The notes under the pieces: model-generated
What the model was told of the DNA's origin: nothing
Databases searched by the model: none
Seen by the model: only the letters and a program-made list of their open reading frames with translations
Shown: positions 42,080-51,912 of the stretch, piece after piece
Layout: each line of letters opens with the position of its first letter
How positions within the stretch are numbered: the first letter of the stretch is position 1
Source of the DNA: an uncultured delta proteobacterium
GTDB lineage: Bacteria; Myxococcota; Myxococcia; Myxococcales; Myxococcaceae
Direction: 5' to 3'
Length of the DNA: 64,000 nucleotides
NCBI GenBank assembly: GCA_963771175.1
Contig: CAVYSY010000044.1
Coordinates: 96,001 to 160,000 of the forward strand
Position numbers and translations under genes: made by a program

Positions 42080-42802
42080 ATGGAACACCAGGAACAGACG
42101 AGGCTCGTCGCGCGCATCGAGGAGGAACTCGAGCGCATGATTTCGCGTGAAGCAGTCCATCCGAGTGGGAGTCTGCCCTCGGAGGAGAAACTGGCGCGGA
42201 GCTATGGCGTGGCGAGGGGGACCATTCGAGAGGCAATGCTGCGTCTGTCCGCGCGCGGGCTTCTCGTCCAGCACCCGGGACGCAGGGCACGTGCGGTCGC
42301 CCTCGAGAGAGTCGTAACGCTCGAGAGTCTGGGCGTGGCACTCCACGACCTGGGAAGCGCGCGTCCTGAGAGGCGGCGCCTGCTGGAGGGGTACTTCGAG
42401 CTCAAGCGGGAGACGACGCTCGAGCTGCTGGCGCGCTGCTGCGAGCACGCGTCCCAGCAGGAGCTGGAGCGACTCGCGGATGCCTGCTTCGCGCTGCGTG
42501 ACGGCGCGCGCTGGGACGACGGCACCAGACGCTGGGTGGAGCAGGAGTTCGAGCTGCTGCGGCTGGCGGCCAGTGCGGCGAACCGCCCCGGGCACTACCT
42601 CCTCGTCCAGTCGCTGGAGCGGGCCTTCCGGGGGATGACCGGAGTCGTGCGGCCCCTGCTCGCCGCGGACGCGGTCCGCCAGTGGGCGGAGCGAGCGATT
42701 CCCTGGCTGACGGAGCGGGACGTGGAGGCACTGCGGCGCGAGCTGCCCCCGCTGCTGCTCGCCTGTGAGGAGCACGTCCTCGGGAGCCTCGGGTCGCGGT
42801 GA
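42080..42802 (+). CDS. GntR (FadR-like) transcriptional regulator
   Basis: LPSEEKLARSYGVARGTIREAMLRL...GLL wHTH; helical C-terminal domain. Confidence 0.9.
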   Translation: MEHQEQTRLVARIEEELERMISREAVHPSGSLPSEEKLARSYGVARGTIREAMLRLSARGLLVQHPGRRARAVALERVVTLESLGVALHDLGSARPERRRLLEGYFELKRETTLELLARCCEHASQQELERLADACFALRDGARWDDGTRRWVEQEFELLRLAASAANRPGHYLLVQSLERAFRGMTGVVRPLLAADAVRQWAERAIPWLTERDVEALRRELPPLLLACEEHVLGSLGSR

Positions 42803-42876
42803 GACGGGCCGGGAGGGTGCGAGGCGACCGCGCCACCACCCTCCCCGGCACGCGGGCCTCTGGTAGAGGGTGTCCC

Positions 42877-44178
42877 ATGAACAACTACGAGCCCTTCCTC
42901 TCGCTCGGCCTGGCGCTGGCGGCCGGCTTCCTCATCGGCCAGGAGCGGGAGTACTCGGCGCCGGACCCGCGCGAGGGCAAGGAGTCCTTCATCGGCGGCT
43001 CGCGCACCTACCCGCTGGTGTCGCTGGCGGGAGCGGCGTCGGCGCTGCTGGCGCGAGAGCTCGGCCCGTGGCTGATGCTGGTGTCGTTCGCCGCGGTGGT
43101 GGCACTGCTGGTGGTGTCCTATGCGGGCGACGTGAGGCAGGGGCGCTCGCACGGGCTCACCTCGGAGGCGGCGCTGCTGCTCAGCTTCCTGCTGGGCGCG
43201 CTCGCGCTGACGAAGGGGGTGCTGGAGCCTGCGCGGGTGAAGGTGCTGACGGTGGCGAGCCTCACGGTGGTGGCCACCACGCTGCTGTCCATGAAGCCGG
43301 CGCTGCATGACTTCATCGGCAAGCTGCAGCGGCGGGACGTGTCGGCCGGGGTGCGGCTCCTCTTCGTGGCGGTGGTGGTGGTGCCCCTGCTGCCGGAGGA
43401 GGCGTACGGGCCGTTCGGCGTGCTCAACCCGAGGCAGCTCGGCTGGCTGACGCTGCTCATCGCCGGCATCAGCTTCGCGGGCTACGTGGCCATCCAGGCG
43501 CTGGGCTCCCGGCGCGGGCTGGTGGTGACGGGGCTCATCGGCGGGCTGGTGTCCTCCACGGCGGTGACGCTGTCCTTCTCGGGACGCGCCAGGGGGGCTC
43601 CGCGCGAGCTGCGCCTGGGGTGCGCGCTGGCGGTGATGCTGGCCTCCTCGCTCATGTTCGCGCGGGTGATGGTGGAGGTGGCGGTGGTGCACCCGCCCCT
43701 GCTGCGGCTCGTGGCGGTGCCCATGGGAGCCATGGCGCTCACGCTGCTCCTGGCCAGCGCCCTCCTCTACCGCCAGACGCGCGAGGTGCGCGGCGAGGGC
43801 GCGCAGGTGGAGTTCTCCAACCCCTTCGCGCTCGGCTCGGCGCTCAAGTTCACCCTGCTCTTCGCGGGGGTGCTGCTGGGCTCGCGCGCGGCCACCGAGT
43901 ACCTCGGCAGCCGGGGCGCGTACCTCGCGGGCCTGCTGGCGGGGCTCACCGACGTGGACGCCATCACCCTCTCCATGGCGAAGCTGGCGCAGGGGGGCTC
44001 CGTGTCCGAGCAGGTGGCCGTCACCACCCTCTTCCTCGGCACGGCGGCCAACACCCTCACCAAGGGGGTGATGGCGGCGGTGGTGGGCGGGTGGAGCTTC
44101 GGCCGCCAGGTGCTGCTCACCTTCGGCGCCACGCTGGCCGTGGGCGCGGGGGCGCTCGCCGTGACGTACTGGTGGTGA
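42877..44178 (+). CDS. MgtC/SapB-family membrane protein with DUF4010-like domain
   Basis: LIGQERE, GGSRTY, GLTSE, GGLVSSTAVT, GLTDVDAITLS, ANTLTK. Confidence 0.9.
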   Translation: MNNYEPFLSLGLALAAGFLIGQEREYSAPDPREGKESFIGGSRTYPLVSLAGAASALLARELGPWLMLVSFAAVVALLVVSYAGDVRQGRSHGLTSEAALLLSFLLGALALTKGVLEPARVKVLTVASLTVVATTLLSMKPALHDFIGKLQRRDVSAGVRLLFVAVVVVPLLPEEAYGPFGVLNPRQLGWLTLLIAGISFAGYVAIQALGSRRGLVVTGLIGGLVSSTAVTLSFSGRARGAPRELRLGCALAVMLASSLMFARVMVEVAVVHPPLLRLVAVPMGAMALTLLLASALLYRQTREVRGEGAQVEFSNPFALGSALKFTLLFAGVLLGSRAATEYLGSRGAYLAGLLAGLTDVDAITLSMAKLAQGGSVSEQVAVTTLFLGTAANTLTKGVMAAVVGGWSFGRQVLLTFGATLAVGAGALAVTYWW

Positions 44179-44494
44179 GCCCGTCACGCACGCCCCTCCG
44201 AATACGAGCGGACAGTTGGCGTCGCGGAATCGAAAGCCACCCGACACTCAACCCGGACTTTCGACGGAGACCGCGTCCCCCCGCGACGGACGCGACATAA
44301 ACTTCCGGAAGCACTGAAGCCGCACCATCGGACGTACCCATTCGGCCCGAGAGGTTTCAACACGTCCACCAGCGAGCCGGCCGTCCGGGGGGAAGGGTCG
44401 ACGCACTGGTGCCAAGGGGGGATTCACCGGGCGCGCATCCGGGGGACATGGGGCCCCGGGTTGCCGCGCCCGGTGTCTTTGCGGGCTCCGGCGC

Positions 44495-45069
44495 TCAGCG
44501 AGGCGCCTGGTACTCGAGACCGCGGCAGGCCTCGGTGGCCAGGGACACCTCCTCCGGGGTGACGCCGGGGAAGGTGGCGCACAGGAAGAGGTCCTTCCCC
44601 AGGCGCCGGGCGCCGAAGAGCGCCGGGTACTGCGCCCCACGCCCCCATCCGCCAGCTTCGGCGCGAGCGTCACCCGGACGAGCGTGAAGTCCTCGCCTCC
44701 CTCCTCCAGCTCCAACGAGCGCTCGAAGCCCTCGAAGGTCTGCCCAGGGACTCGGCGAGGGCCTCGGCGGAGGGCAACTGCGCGCCCTGGCCGCTGCGCA
44801 GGTCCACCCGGAGCACCGGGTGCCCCGGAGGGCCGAACTGGAAGCTGCCATCCGGTGCCACCTGCGCCGTCCAGCCCGGAGGGCATGGGCACCTTCACGC
44901 CCATCCGCCGCGGGGGAGCCGGCCGCCCTTCCGGAACTTCCGCCTCCGGAGTGACGGTCGACTCCTCCTCGCTCGGCCGCGAGCGCTCCCCGCAACCGTC
45001 GCAGCCGGACGCCAGCATGGCGAGCGCCACCAGGGCGGCGCGGACATGCGGGCGCCCGGCGGCGCGCAC
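44495..45069 (-). CDS. Hypothetical lipoprotein translationally coupled to bacM (several frameshifts)
   Basis: GTG overlaps bacM stop (TAGTG); lipobox ASGC; fragments in successive frames ending LFLCATFPG...ACRGLEYQAPR. Confidence 0.65.
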
Positions 45070-45515
45070 TACTTCTTGCCCTCGCCACCCGGCGGCGGCG
45101 GGTTCTTCCCGAGGTTCTCCATCTTGCTGGTGCCCTCGAAGATGACGCCGCGGTCCATGGTGAGCGCGGGCGACTCGAGGTTGCCCTTCACGCGCGCCGG
45201 CGCATGCAGCTCGATGAGCTGCGTGGCCCGCACGTTGCCCTCCACGGTGCCGTTGATGATGACGGTGCCGGCGTTGATTTCCGCCTGCACGCGGGCCCCA
45301 TCACCGACGACGAGCACGTCCTTGGTGAAAATCTGGCCGTTGAACTTCCCGTCGATGCGAACCTGCCCCTCGAAGGTGAGCTTCCCCTCGAACTCGCTGC
45401 CCTTGCCCAGCAGCGTGTGAACCTCACCCGGACGCGTTGCCACCGATTCATCCTCCCGTCTGCCGCCTAGTAGCGGTACGTTGATTTTTTCGTCTTTCTT
45501 GCCGAGGAGCGCCAC
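45069..45515 (-). CDS. bacM: Bactofilin BacM
   Basis: TLLGKGSEFEGKLTFEGQVRIDG...VIINGTVEGNV...FEG bactofilin domain, Pro-rich tail, directly downstream of parB as in M. xanthus. Confidence 0.9.
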   Translation of the reverse strand: MALLGKKDEKINVPLLGGRREDESVATRPGEVHTLLGKGSEFEGKLTFEGQVRIDGKFNGQIFTKDVLVVGDGARVQAEINAGTVIINGTVEGNVRATQLIELHAPARVKGNLESPALTMDRGVIFEGTSKMENLGKNPPPPGGEGKK

Positions 45516-45518
45516 GCG

Positions 45519-46430
45519 CTACTCCTTCCTGAGTACCTTCAGGATTCGATCGAGGTCATCGTACGAGAAGTAGTCGACCTCGATGGTGCCTTTTCCACTG
45601 CCCTTCTCCACCAGACGCACTTTGGTGCCCAGGGTGCGCTGCATCTCCTCCACCAGGGACTTCACCTGGGGGCTCTGCTTCTGCGGCCTGGCCGACTCCT
45701 TGGCCTTGGTGCCCTTGGCCTGCTGCACCAGCTTCTCGGTGTCGCGCACGCTGAGCTTGCGGGCCGCCACCTGCTGGGCCAGCTCCGTCATCTCGGGCAG
45801 GCGGGGCACGCCGAGCAGCGCGCGGGCGTGACCGGCGCTCAGCGCGCCCTCGCCCACCATGCGCTTCACGTCCTCGGGCAGGCCGAGCAGGCGCAGCGCA
45901 TTGGCCACCGTGGAGCGCTCCTTGCCGACGCGCTGGGCCACCTGCTCCTGGGTGAGGCCGAACTCCTCGACGAGGCGGTGATAGCCCTCGGCCTCTTCCA
46001 TGGGGTTGAGGTCCGCGCGCTGGAGGTTCTCCACCAGGGCGAGCTCGAAGGCCTCGACCTCCGTCACCTCGCGGATGATGGCCGGAATCTCGTGGAGGCC
46101 GGCGAGCTGCGAGGCGCGCCAGCGCCGCTCACCGGCGATGATTTTGTAGCCGTCCCCATCCTTGCGCACGAGCACCGGCATCAGGACGCCCTGCGCCTTG
46201 ATGGACTCGGTGAGCTCGCGCAGCTTCTCCTCGTCGAAGTGGCGGCGAGGCTGGAGGGTGTCGCGGTGGATGGCCTCGATGGGGAGCTTCGTCACGCCGT
46301 TCTTCGGCGGGGCGACGGGCTCGGGAGGAGCCACCACCGCCACCGCGGCTGCGGGAGGCGGAGCGGCCTGGGGGATGAGGGCGGAGAGGCCACGGCCCAA
46401 CGCCCGCTTCTGCTTGTCACCATTCACCAC
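45519..46430 (-). CDS. parB: Chromosome partition protein ParB
   Basis: RALGRGLSALI, QPR..F, IAGERRWRA, ENLQRADLNP.EEA, HTH. Confidence 0.97.
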   Translation of the reverse strand: MVNGDKQKRALGRGLSALIPQAAPPPAAAVAVVAPPEPVAPPKNGVTKLPIEAIHRDTLQPRRHFDEEKLRELTESIKAQGVLMPVLVRKDGDGYKIIAGERRWRASQLAGLHEIPAIIREVTEVEAFELALVENLQRADLNPMEEAEGYHRLVEEFGLTQEQVAQRVGKERSTVANALRLLGLPEDVKRMVGEGALSAGHARALLGVPRLPEMTELAQQVAARKLSVRDTEKLVQQAKGTKAKESARPQKQSPQVKSLVEEMQRTLGTKVRLVEKGSGKGTIEVDYFSYDDLDRILKVLRKE

Positions 46431-46708
46431 TGCGTCGTCTCCGCCGGGGTACGCCCCCGGCCCGCTGCACCGTGACGAGAGGGCTCGTCCGGTCGGGTCC
46501 GGTGCTTCGCCGCCGCCGGGTGGACCCGCTGAACCGGCGTGCGGGCTCGAAGAGAGGAACTGCTCCGAGCCGTGTCCTACGGTTGCCGCCGGGTGGACTC
46601 CCCGGAGCCGGGTGCTTCGTCCGCGCCCACCTCCCTTGAGGATGCGGGCGGGGGAGGGCCTGCTCGGAGCCCGCCTATATAAGGATGCGGGCGGAGCGGG
46701 CTCGCGAG

Positions 46709-47500
46709 CTAGGCGACCTTGCGAGCGGGAGGCGGCTGGGACTCGCGCTGCATGATTTCGCGGCCGAGCGCCAGGTAGCTCTCACAGCCCTTGGACTTGA
46801 TGTCGTAGAGGATGATGGGCTTGCCGAAGGAGGGGCACTCGGACAGGCGCACGTTGCGCGGGACGACGGCCGTGAAGACCTGCTCCTTGAAGAAGCCGCG
46901 CACGTCGTCCACCACCTGGTGGGCGATGTTGGCCCGCGCGTCGAACATGGTGAGGAGAATCCCCTCCATCTTCAGCCCCGGGTTGAAGGCCTGCCGCACC
47001 AGGTCGATGGTGTGGTTGAGCTGGGAGAGGCCCTCGAGCGCGTAGTACTCGCACTGCAGCGGGATGAGCACCGAGTCCGCGGCGATCAGCGAGTTGAGCG
47101 TGAGCAGCCCGAGCGAGGGCGGGCAGTCGATGAGGATGTAGTCGTACTGCTCGGCCACGGGGCGGAGCGCGTCGCGGAGGCGGAACTCGCGGCGCTCCTG
47201 GCTGACGAGCTCGACCTCGGCGCCGGTGAGGTCCGGGGTGGCGGGGACGACCTGGAGGTAGCGCAGCTCGGTGGGGTGGATGAGCTCGCTGATGGGGCGA
47301 CCGCCGAGGAGCGCGTCATAGACGGTGCCCTGGAGCGACTCCCGCTTGAGCCCGAGCCCGCTGCCGGCATTCCCCTGGGGGTCCATGTCGACGAGGAGCA
47401 CCTTGCGCTCAGCGGAGGCGAGGCTCGCGGCGAGGTTGATGGCGGTGGTCGTCTTACCGACGCCGCCCTTCTGGTTGGAGATGCAGATGATTCGACCCAC
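46709..47500 (-). CDS. parA: Chromosome partition ATPase ParA/Soj
   Basis: [10 protein letters not shown] deviant Walker [35 protein letters not shown]. Confidence 0.97.
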   Translation of the reverse strand: MGRIICISNQKGGVGKTTTAINLAASLASAERKVLLVDMDPQGNAGSGLGLKRESLQGTVYDALLGGRPISELIHPTELRYLQVVPATPDLTGAEVELVSQERREFRLRDALRPVAEQYDYILIDCPPSLGLLTLNSLIAADSVLIPLQCEYYALEGLSQLNHTIDLVRQAFNPGLKMEGILLTMFDARANIAHQVVDDVRGFFKEQVFTAVVPRNVRLSECPSFGKPIILYDIKSKGCESYLALGREIMQRESQPPPARKVA

Positions 47501-47913
47501 GTGGCCCATCCTTGCGACGCCCCGGGAGTACCGGGGGCTCTGCGGGGGAGGCATGTACCGGACCCGCATTGATCCACCAAATCGGCGTCTGATCCAGTCC
47601 ACGACCGGATCAGACTTCTAGCTCGCCTGCCTGACATGCCTCCGGCGTGAGAACCCCGTCCGCCCGCGGGAGGATTCCCCCACTCCGGCCGGAAAAGAGA
47701 CGGAGAGAGGGGCACGGCGGGCCCGGAGGAGCGCCGGGAGCCGCATCCGTGCATCAAAGACTCGCACACGCACCAGACCCAGAGAGGACCAGCGACTGGA
47801 GGCGAGCACTGGCGGAAACACGCGCATCGGAGAACACGCCCCGAAAGACAGCCCCCGGCGAGGGGCTGGCCCGACCCCACCTGGATGACCGATCCACCGC
47901 CCCGCCCGATGGG

Positions 47914-49418
47914 CGTTCCACGTGGAACACGCACCGAGGGCCCGTCACCCGGCGGAGCGTCCGCCCCTGGCCGGTGCGGGCGGCCCTGGCGCGACTCATG
48001 AGGAACCCACGCGCCACCTGGGGGACACACCACGCTCCTGTTGGGCCCGCCCACGCGCCAGGAATGGGCCGGCACGTTCCACGTGGAACACGGCCGCTTC
48101 GACCAGGTCGTCTCCCTTCGCCCAGCGTGTTCCCGGAACCGACGACCGAGGCCAGCGGCCAGAACTCGCGAATACACCCTCCACCAGGACCCCCGCCTTC
48201 CGCCCCGATGGACTCTCCCCATGTGCCAGTGAGTGGGGACACGTTCCACGTGGAACACGGCCGCGCCGACCGCCTCCGCTCAGCCTCCCCCGACGCGCTC
48301 CCGGAACCGATGGCCGAGGCCAGGACAGAACTGGTGGGCCTCTCGTTCCGCCTGGGGCCCGCCTCCCGTCCTGAGGGATTCGCCCGTGAGCCGGGAAGCG
48401 GGGACGTGTTCCACGTGGAACAAGAACCGCCCGCCCTTCACCTCCGCTCCGAACATGCTCCGGAGCTGGCGGCCCGTGCCTCAACGCAGAACTGGCTGAA
48501 ACACGTTCCACGTGGAACACGCCCCCTGGCGCAGCCCCTGGTGAGGGGAATCGGGCGGCACGTTCCACGTGGAACAGGGATGCGAGGCTTCCACCACCGC
48601 CAGCACCCGCCCCCAGCCGACCGGGTTGGCTGCCCCATCGCCCTGGCGAGGACTGTTCCACGTGGAACACGCACGGTCAGACATGGCTCCACCACTCGCC
48701 GCTGTCCGCCGGTCCCCGACCGAGGCGCCCGCCCTGATGACAGGGATTGGGCGGCTCCTTCCCCCGCCGCTGACTGGCTCGAAGCCGACTCCCCCGCGCA
48801 CGTTCCACGTGGAACATCGCCCGCCGCACGCGCGACCCTCATTCCCTGCCAGGGACGAGCAGCCCCTCCTGTCTTGAATGACCGGGGAGGACAATCCCCA
48901 GGCACGTTCCACGTGGAACACATTCCGGTGGAAGGGGTCCCCCACCCCTCGCCTCGCAACGCACGCCTCCCAACCAGAAACCAAGCGGCCCTCCCCCTCC
49001 CCGCGAAGGGTCGAGGCACGAACCTCCCAGGTTTGTTCCACGTGGAACACAGGCCGGAGGGACGAGGTGCCAGTTCCACCCGCGTGGCCCTCTGCCAGGG
49101 ATGGAGTCGCCCTCCCCCTCCCACGAGAGGTCGAGGTGAAACACCTCCCAGGCACGTTTCACGTGGAACACGTTCCGGCGGGGCGAGTCGCCCGCCCCAC
49201 CGCCACTCCCACTTTCCGTTGCCAGGGATTGAGCCGCCCTCCCCTGCGCCGGGTTGCAGCGCGGACCACTCAGGCACGTTCCACGTGGAACACGCTCCGG
49301 CCGGAGGGCTCCCTTCATCGCGCCATGACTCCCCTCCTGGCGGGAAACGCGCCTCGCCTTCTGTTGCGGACGCAGGGGTCGAGGCGAAGAACCTCCCGGT
49401 CACGTTCCACGTGGAACA
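47914..49418. repeat. parS: parS array: 13 GTTCCACGTGGAAC sites
   Basis: Cores start at 47915, 48076, 48243, 48408, 48505, 48562, 48655, 48802, 48906, 49035, 49156 (GTTTC variant), 49278, 49404; match the bacterial parS consensus; upstream of parA. Confidence 0.95.
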
Positions 49419-49516
49419 CACGGGGTCGGACCCCGGCTCCGTTCCGCCCCGGAGCTCCGTCTCCCGCCCCCAGGCATCCGCCCACGCCACGCGGGGGGCG
49501 CGGAACGTTCCTCGGG

Positions 49517-49940
49517 TCAACGCCTCCCGGGCGTTCCGGGCGCTCCCAGCAGCACCGCCCCCAGGGCGCGGATGACCCGTTCAATTATCTCCGCGTAGTT
49601 CGCCAGATGCGGCCGCAGGTGCTTCATCAACTCCGTCTGGCTGTTGGAGAGCAATCTCTCGAAGTCCATGCCGCTATCGAGCTGGGTCTTGTATTGCCCC
49701 AGCAGCTCCGTGCGCATCCGCGCATCCAGGTCGCTCCCCGCCTTCAACGCCCCCAGGAAATTCAGCGCCGCATCGACAGCGCGGCCCGCTTCCTCTCCGA
49801 AGTACAAGCGGGCGAGCAGCGGCTGCATGAAGCCAGTTCCGGTGGGCCAGCCACGCCGTCAGCACGGAGCCGACGATGGCGAAACACGCGGTGATGTAGG
49901 GGGCGAGCGACTGCACGACCTGAAGCGCGTCCGTCCGCAT
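49517..49940 (-). CDS. Hypothetical membrane-anchored protein inside the parS region (frameshift near 49830)
   Basis: GAGGAGG RBS before ATG 49940, N-terminal TM, helical continuation in second frame. Confidence 0.5.
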
Positions 49941-50109
49941 CCCCCCGCCTCCTCACCGCCCGTGTCGCCCCCACGCTCCTTCCAGAACCGGGCGCTCGCA
50001 CCGCCTGTCTCGAAGAGAACCTCCGCTCCGCCCCGCACACCACTCGGGCGAAAACCCCAAGCTACTCAGCGGTCTCCACTCCCACCACGAGACCCTCGGG
50101 CCCTCTCGC

Positions 50110-50125
50110 TGTTCCACGTGGAACA
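50110..50125. promoter_or_regulatory. parS: Isolated 14th parS site
   Basis: TGTTCCACGTGGAACA perfect 16-bp palindrome. Confidence 0.9.
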
Positions 50126-50187
50126 CGACAGCCCGGACACGGTCTCACTCCCTCGGGGAAGTCACCGAGGAGGCTGGAGGGATTCCT

Positions 50188-50943
50188 CTACCGGTCGGAG
50201 CTCAACGAGCGGCTGGACATCGGATTCAACCGCTTCGTCTGGGGGCGCGAGGGCCGAACGTGGTGTTCGCTCCGCTCCGCGCTCGCCGCATGACTCGGAT
50301 GCGGGCGCGGGCCGCGCAAGGGCGAGGAGCTCCTTCTCGGGCTCAGGGTCCGCGAGCAGCCTGGAGCCAGACGCCTGGAGCGCTGGCCTTCCGCCTCGAG
50401 GACACCCCGCGCAACACCGGAGACCTGATTCGCTCGTACCGGGCGGGCGGGCAGCCTCATGTGCCCGTCCCGCTCTCGGGGAGAGGGGGCCTCGCTCGGG
50501 TTCAACCCGGGGTGTGCATCACCATCGGCCGGAAACCGAGCACGAGCTGATCTCCATCCTCCTCGATGAATCCCACCAGCACGGGCAACGCCGCGTAGAG
50601 GTCCTTGTACTCCTCGAAGAGGAGGAACCGTCCACCGACCTCGGGCGCCAGGGAGACCACCGTGCGCGACTCGCGCGGAACCAGCCGCACCTTGCCCGAG
50701 AGCTCGCCGCCCGCGGTGAAGAGCCGCAGTCCGAGGTCCATGAAGTCGGCGACTCCGTACTGGTAGCCCACCGAGGCCTCGGGTCCGACCTCGTCGGTGC
50801 CGTGGAGCTGCACGGTCCCTCGGATGTTCCAGCGGCTGTTGCCCGCGCCCAGGGTGTCGGCCGTCTGCAGCGCTCCCGCGGTGACGCAGCCCCACGATGA
50901 GAGACAGGAGCAGAGCAGGAGCAGGACTCGGAGTGGATGCATG
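50188..50943 (-). CDS. Hypothetical lipoprotein/outer-membrane-like protein (frameshifted; 3' end uncertain)
   Basis: [19 protein letters not shown] signal; [21 protein letters not shown] amphipathic strands. Confidence 0.55.
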   Translation of the reverse strand, partial: HASTPSPAPALLLSLIVGLRHRGSAADGRHPGRGQQPLEHPRDRAAPRHRRGRTRGLGGLPVRSRRLHGPRTAALHRGRRALGQGAAGSARVAHGGLPGARGRWTVPPLRGVQGPLRGVARAGGIHRGGWRSARARFPADGDAHPGLNPSEAPSPRERDGHMRLPARPVRANQVSGVARGVLEAEGQRSRRLAPGCSRTLSPRRSSSPLRGPRPHPSHAASAERSEHHVRPSRPQTKRLNPMSSRSLSSDR

Positions 50944-51149
50944 AGAGTGAGAGGAGCCTCGAGTGCGGGTTGGAGGTGCATCGACGCGAAGCCTACGTGC
51001 CCCCAGCGCCTCTTCCGGAAAGAGGGTTGCCAGATGGAAGTGCTTCGCTGGCACCCTGCCCAGAAATAGAAAGAGGCGCCCGCCACGAAGCGAGCGCCTC
51101 TCTTGATGTCCGGGAGGAGTTCGGGGTCCTCCCCTCCCCTGCTCCCGCG

Positions 51150-51814
51150 TTACTCCGCCTTCGCGAACACGGCCACCTGCCGCTCCGCGCCCGAGAACGG
51201 CAGCCGGTAGGCGCGCGCGGACACGACGCTGCAGGCCCCGCTCCCCGGCCGCGCGCTCGCAGCTCGTCCTCGCCGGCGCCTTGCCCAGCATCGCCACCAC
51301 CCGGCCTCCCGGCGCCACGTAGGCCGGCGCCAGGTCCAGCCAGTCCGGCAGGTCCATGAAGGCGCGCGCAATCAGCACCGGTCCGCGCGCGGCAGACCCT
51401 CGGCCTCGGGCTTGCCCTCGGCGCGCGCGTGCACCGCCTCGCACCCCGTGAGCCCCAGCCGCCACGGCCACCGCCGCCTTGAGGAAGCCCACCTTCTTGC
51501 CCACCGCGTCCACCAGCGTCACCGCCAGCGACGGCTGCGCCATCTTCAGCGGCAGTCCCGGGAAGCCCGCTCCGGCGCCCAGGTCCAGCACGCGTCGCCG
51601 CGCCCTCCACCTCCGGCAGCACCGCCAGCGAGTCCAGGAAGTGCTTCTCCAGCACCTCCTCCGGCGCGGTAATCGCCGTCAGGTTCACCTTCGCGTTCCA
51701 CTTGAGCAGCTCGCCCATCAGCCGGAACAGCCGCGGCGGCACGTCCTCCGCCACCGTCACCCCCAGCGCCCGGCATCCCTGCTGAAGCTGATCGGCGAAG
51801 CGCGCGTTATCCAC
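51150..51814 (-). CDS. rsmG: 16S rRNA m7G527 methyltransferase RsmG (GidB), multiple frameshifts
   Basis: [11 protein letters not shown]...[40 protein letters not shown] fragments in successive frames. Confidence 0.92.
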
Positions 51815-51899
51815 AGCCGACCTCCTCTACCCGGGGTCTCAACCCCTCGGAATCACTCGCACCCAGGGGTGCCCCAGAGTTCTCCACACCTTGTCCACA
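51807..51899 (+). promoter_or_regulatory. Three co-oriented DnaA boxes
   Basis: TTATCCACA 51807-51815 (perfect), TTCTCCACA 51880-51888, TTGTCCACA 51891-51899. Confidence 0.65.
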
Positions 51900-51912
51900 G
51901 CCCCCTGTGCGA

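Noticed and set aside
46639..46694. Short direct repeat AGGATGCGGGCGG between parA and parB
   Set aside because: Only two 13-bp GC-rich copies; cannot be distinguished from local hairpin duplication or chance
47914..49418. Possible CRISPR array
   Set aside because: The repeat is only 14-16 bp and matches parS, spacing is irregular (57-167 bp), no cas genes are present, and it adjoins parAB
47647..49894. Long ORFs with repeated FHVEH / VPRGT / CSTWN peptides
   Set aside because: These are translations of the parS palindrome in a stop-poor GC-rich region, not proteins
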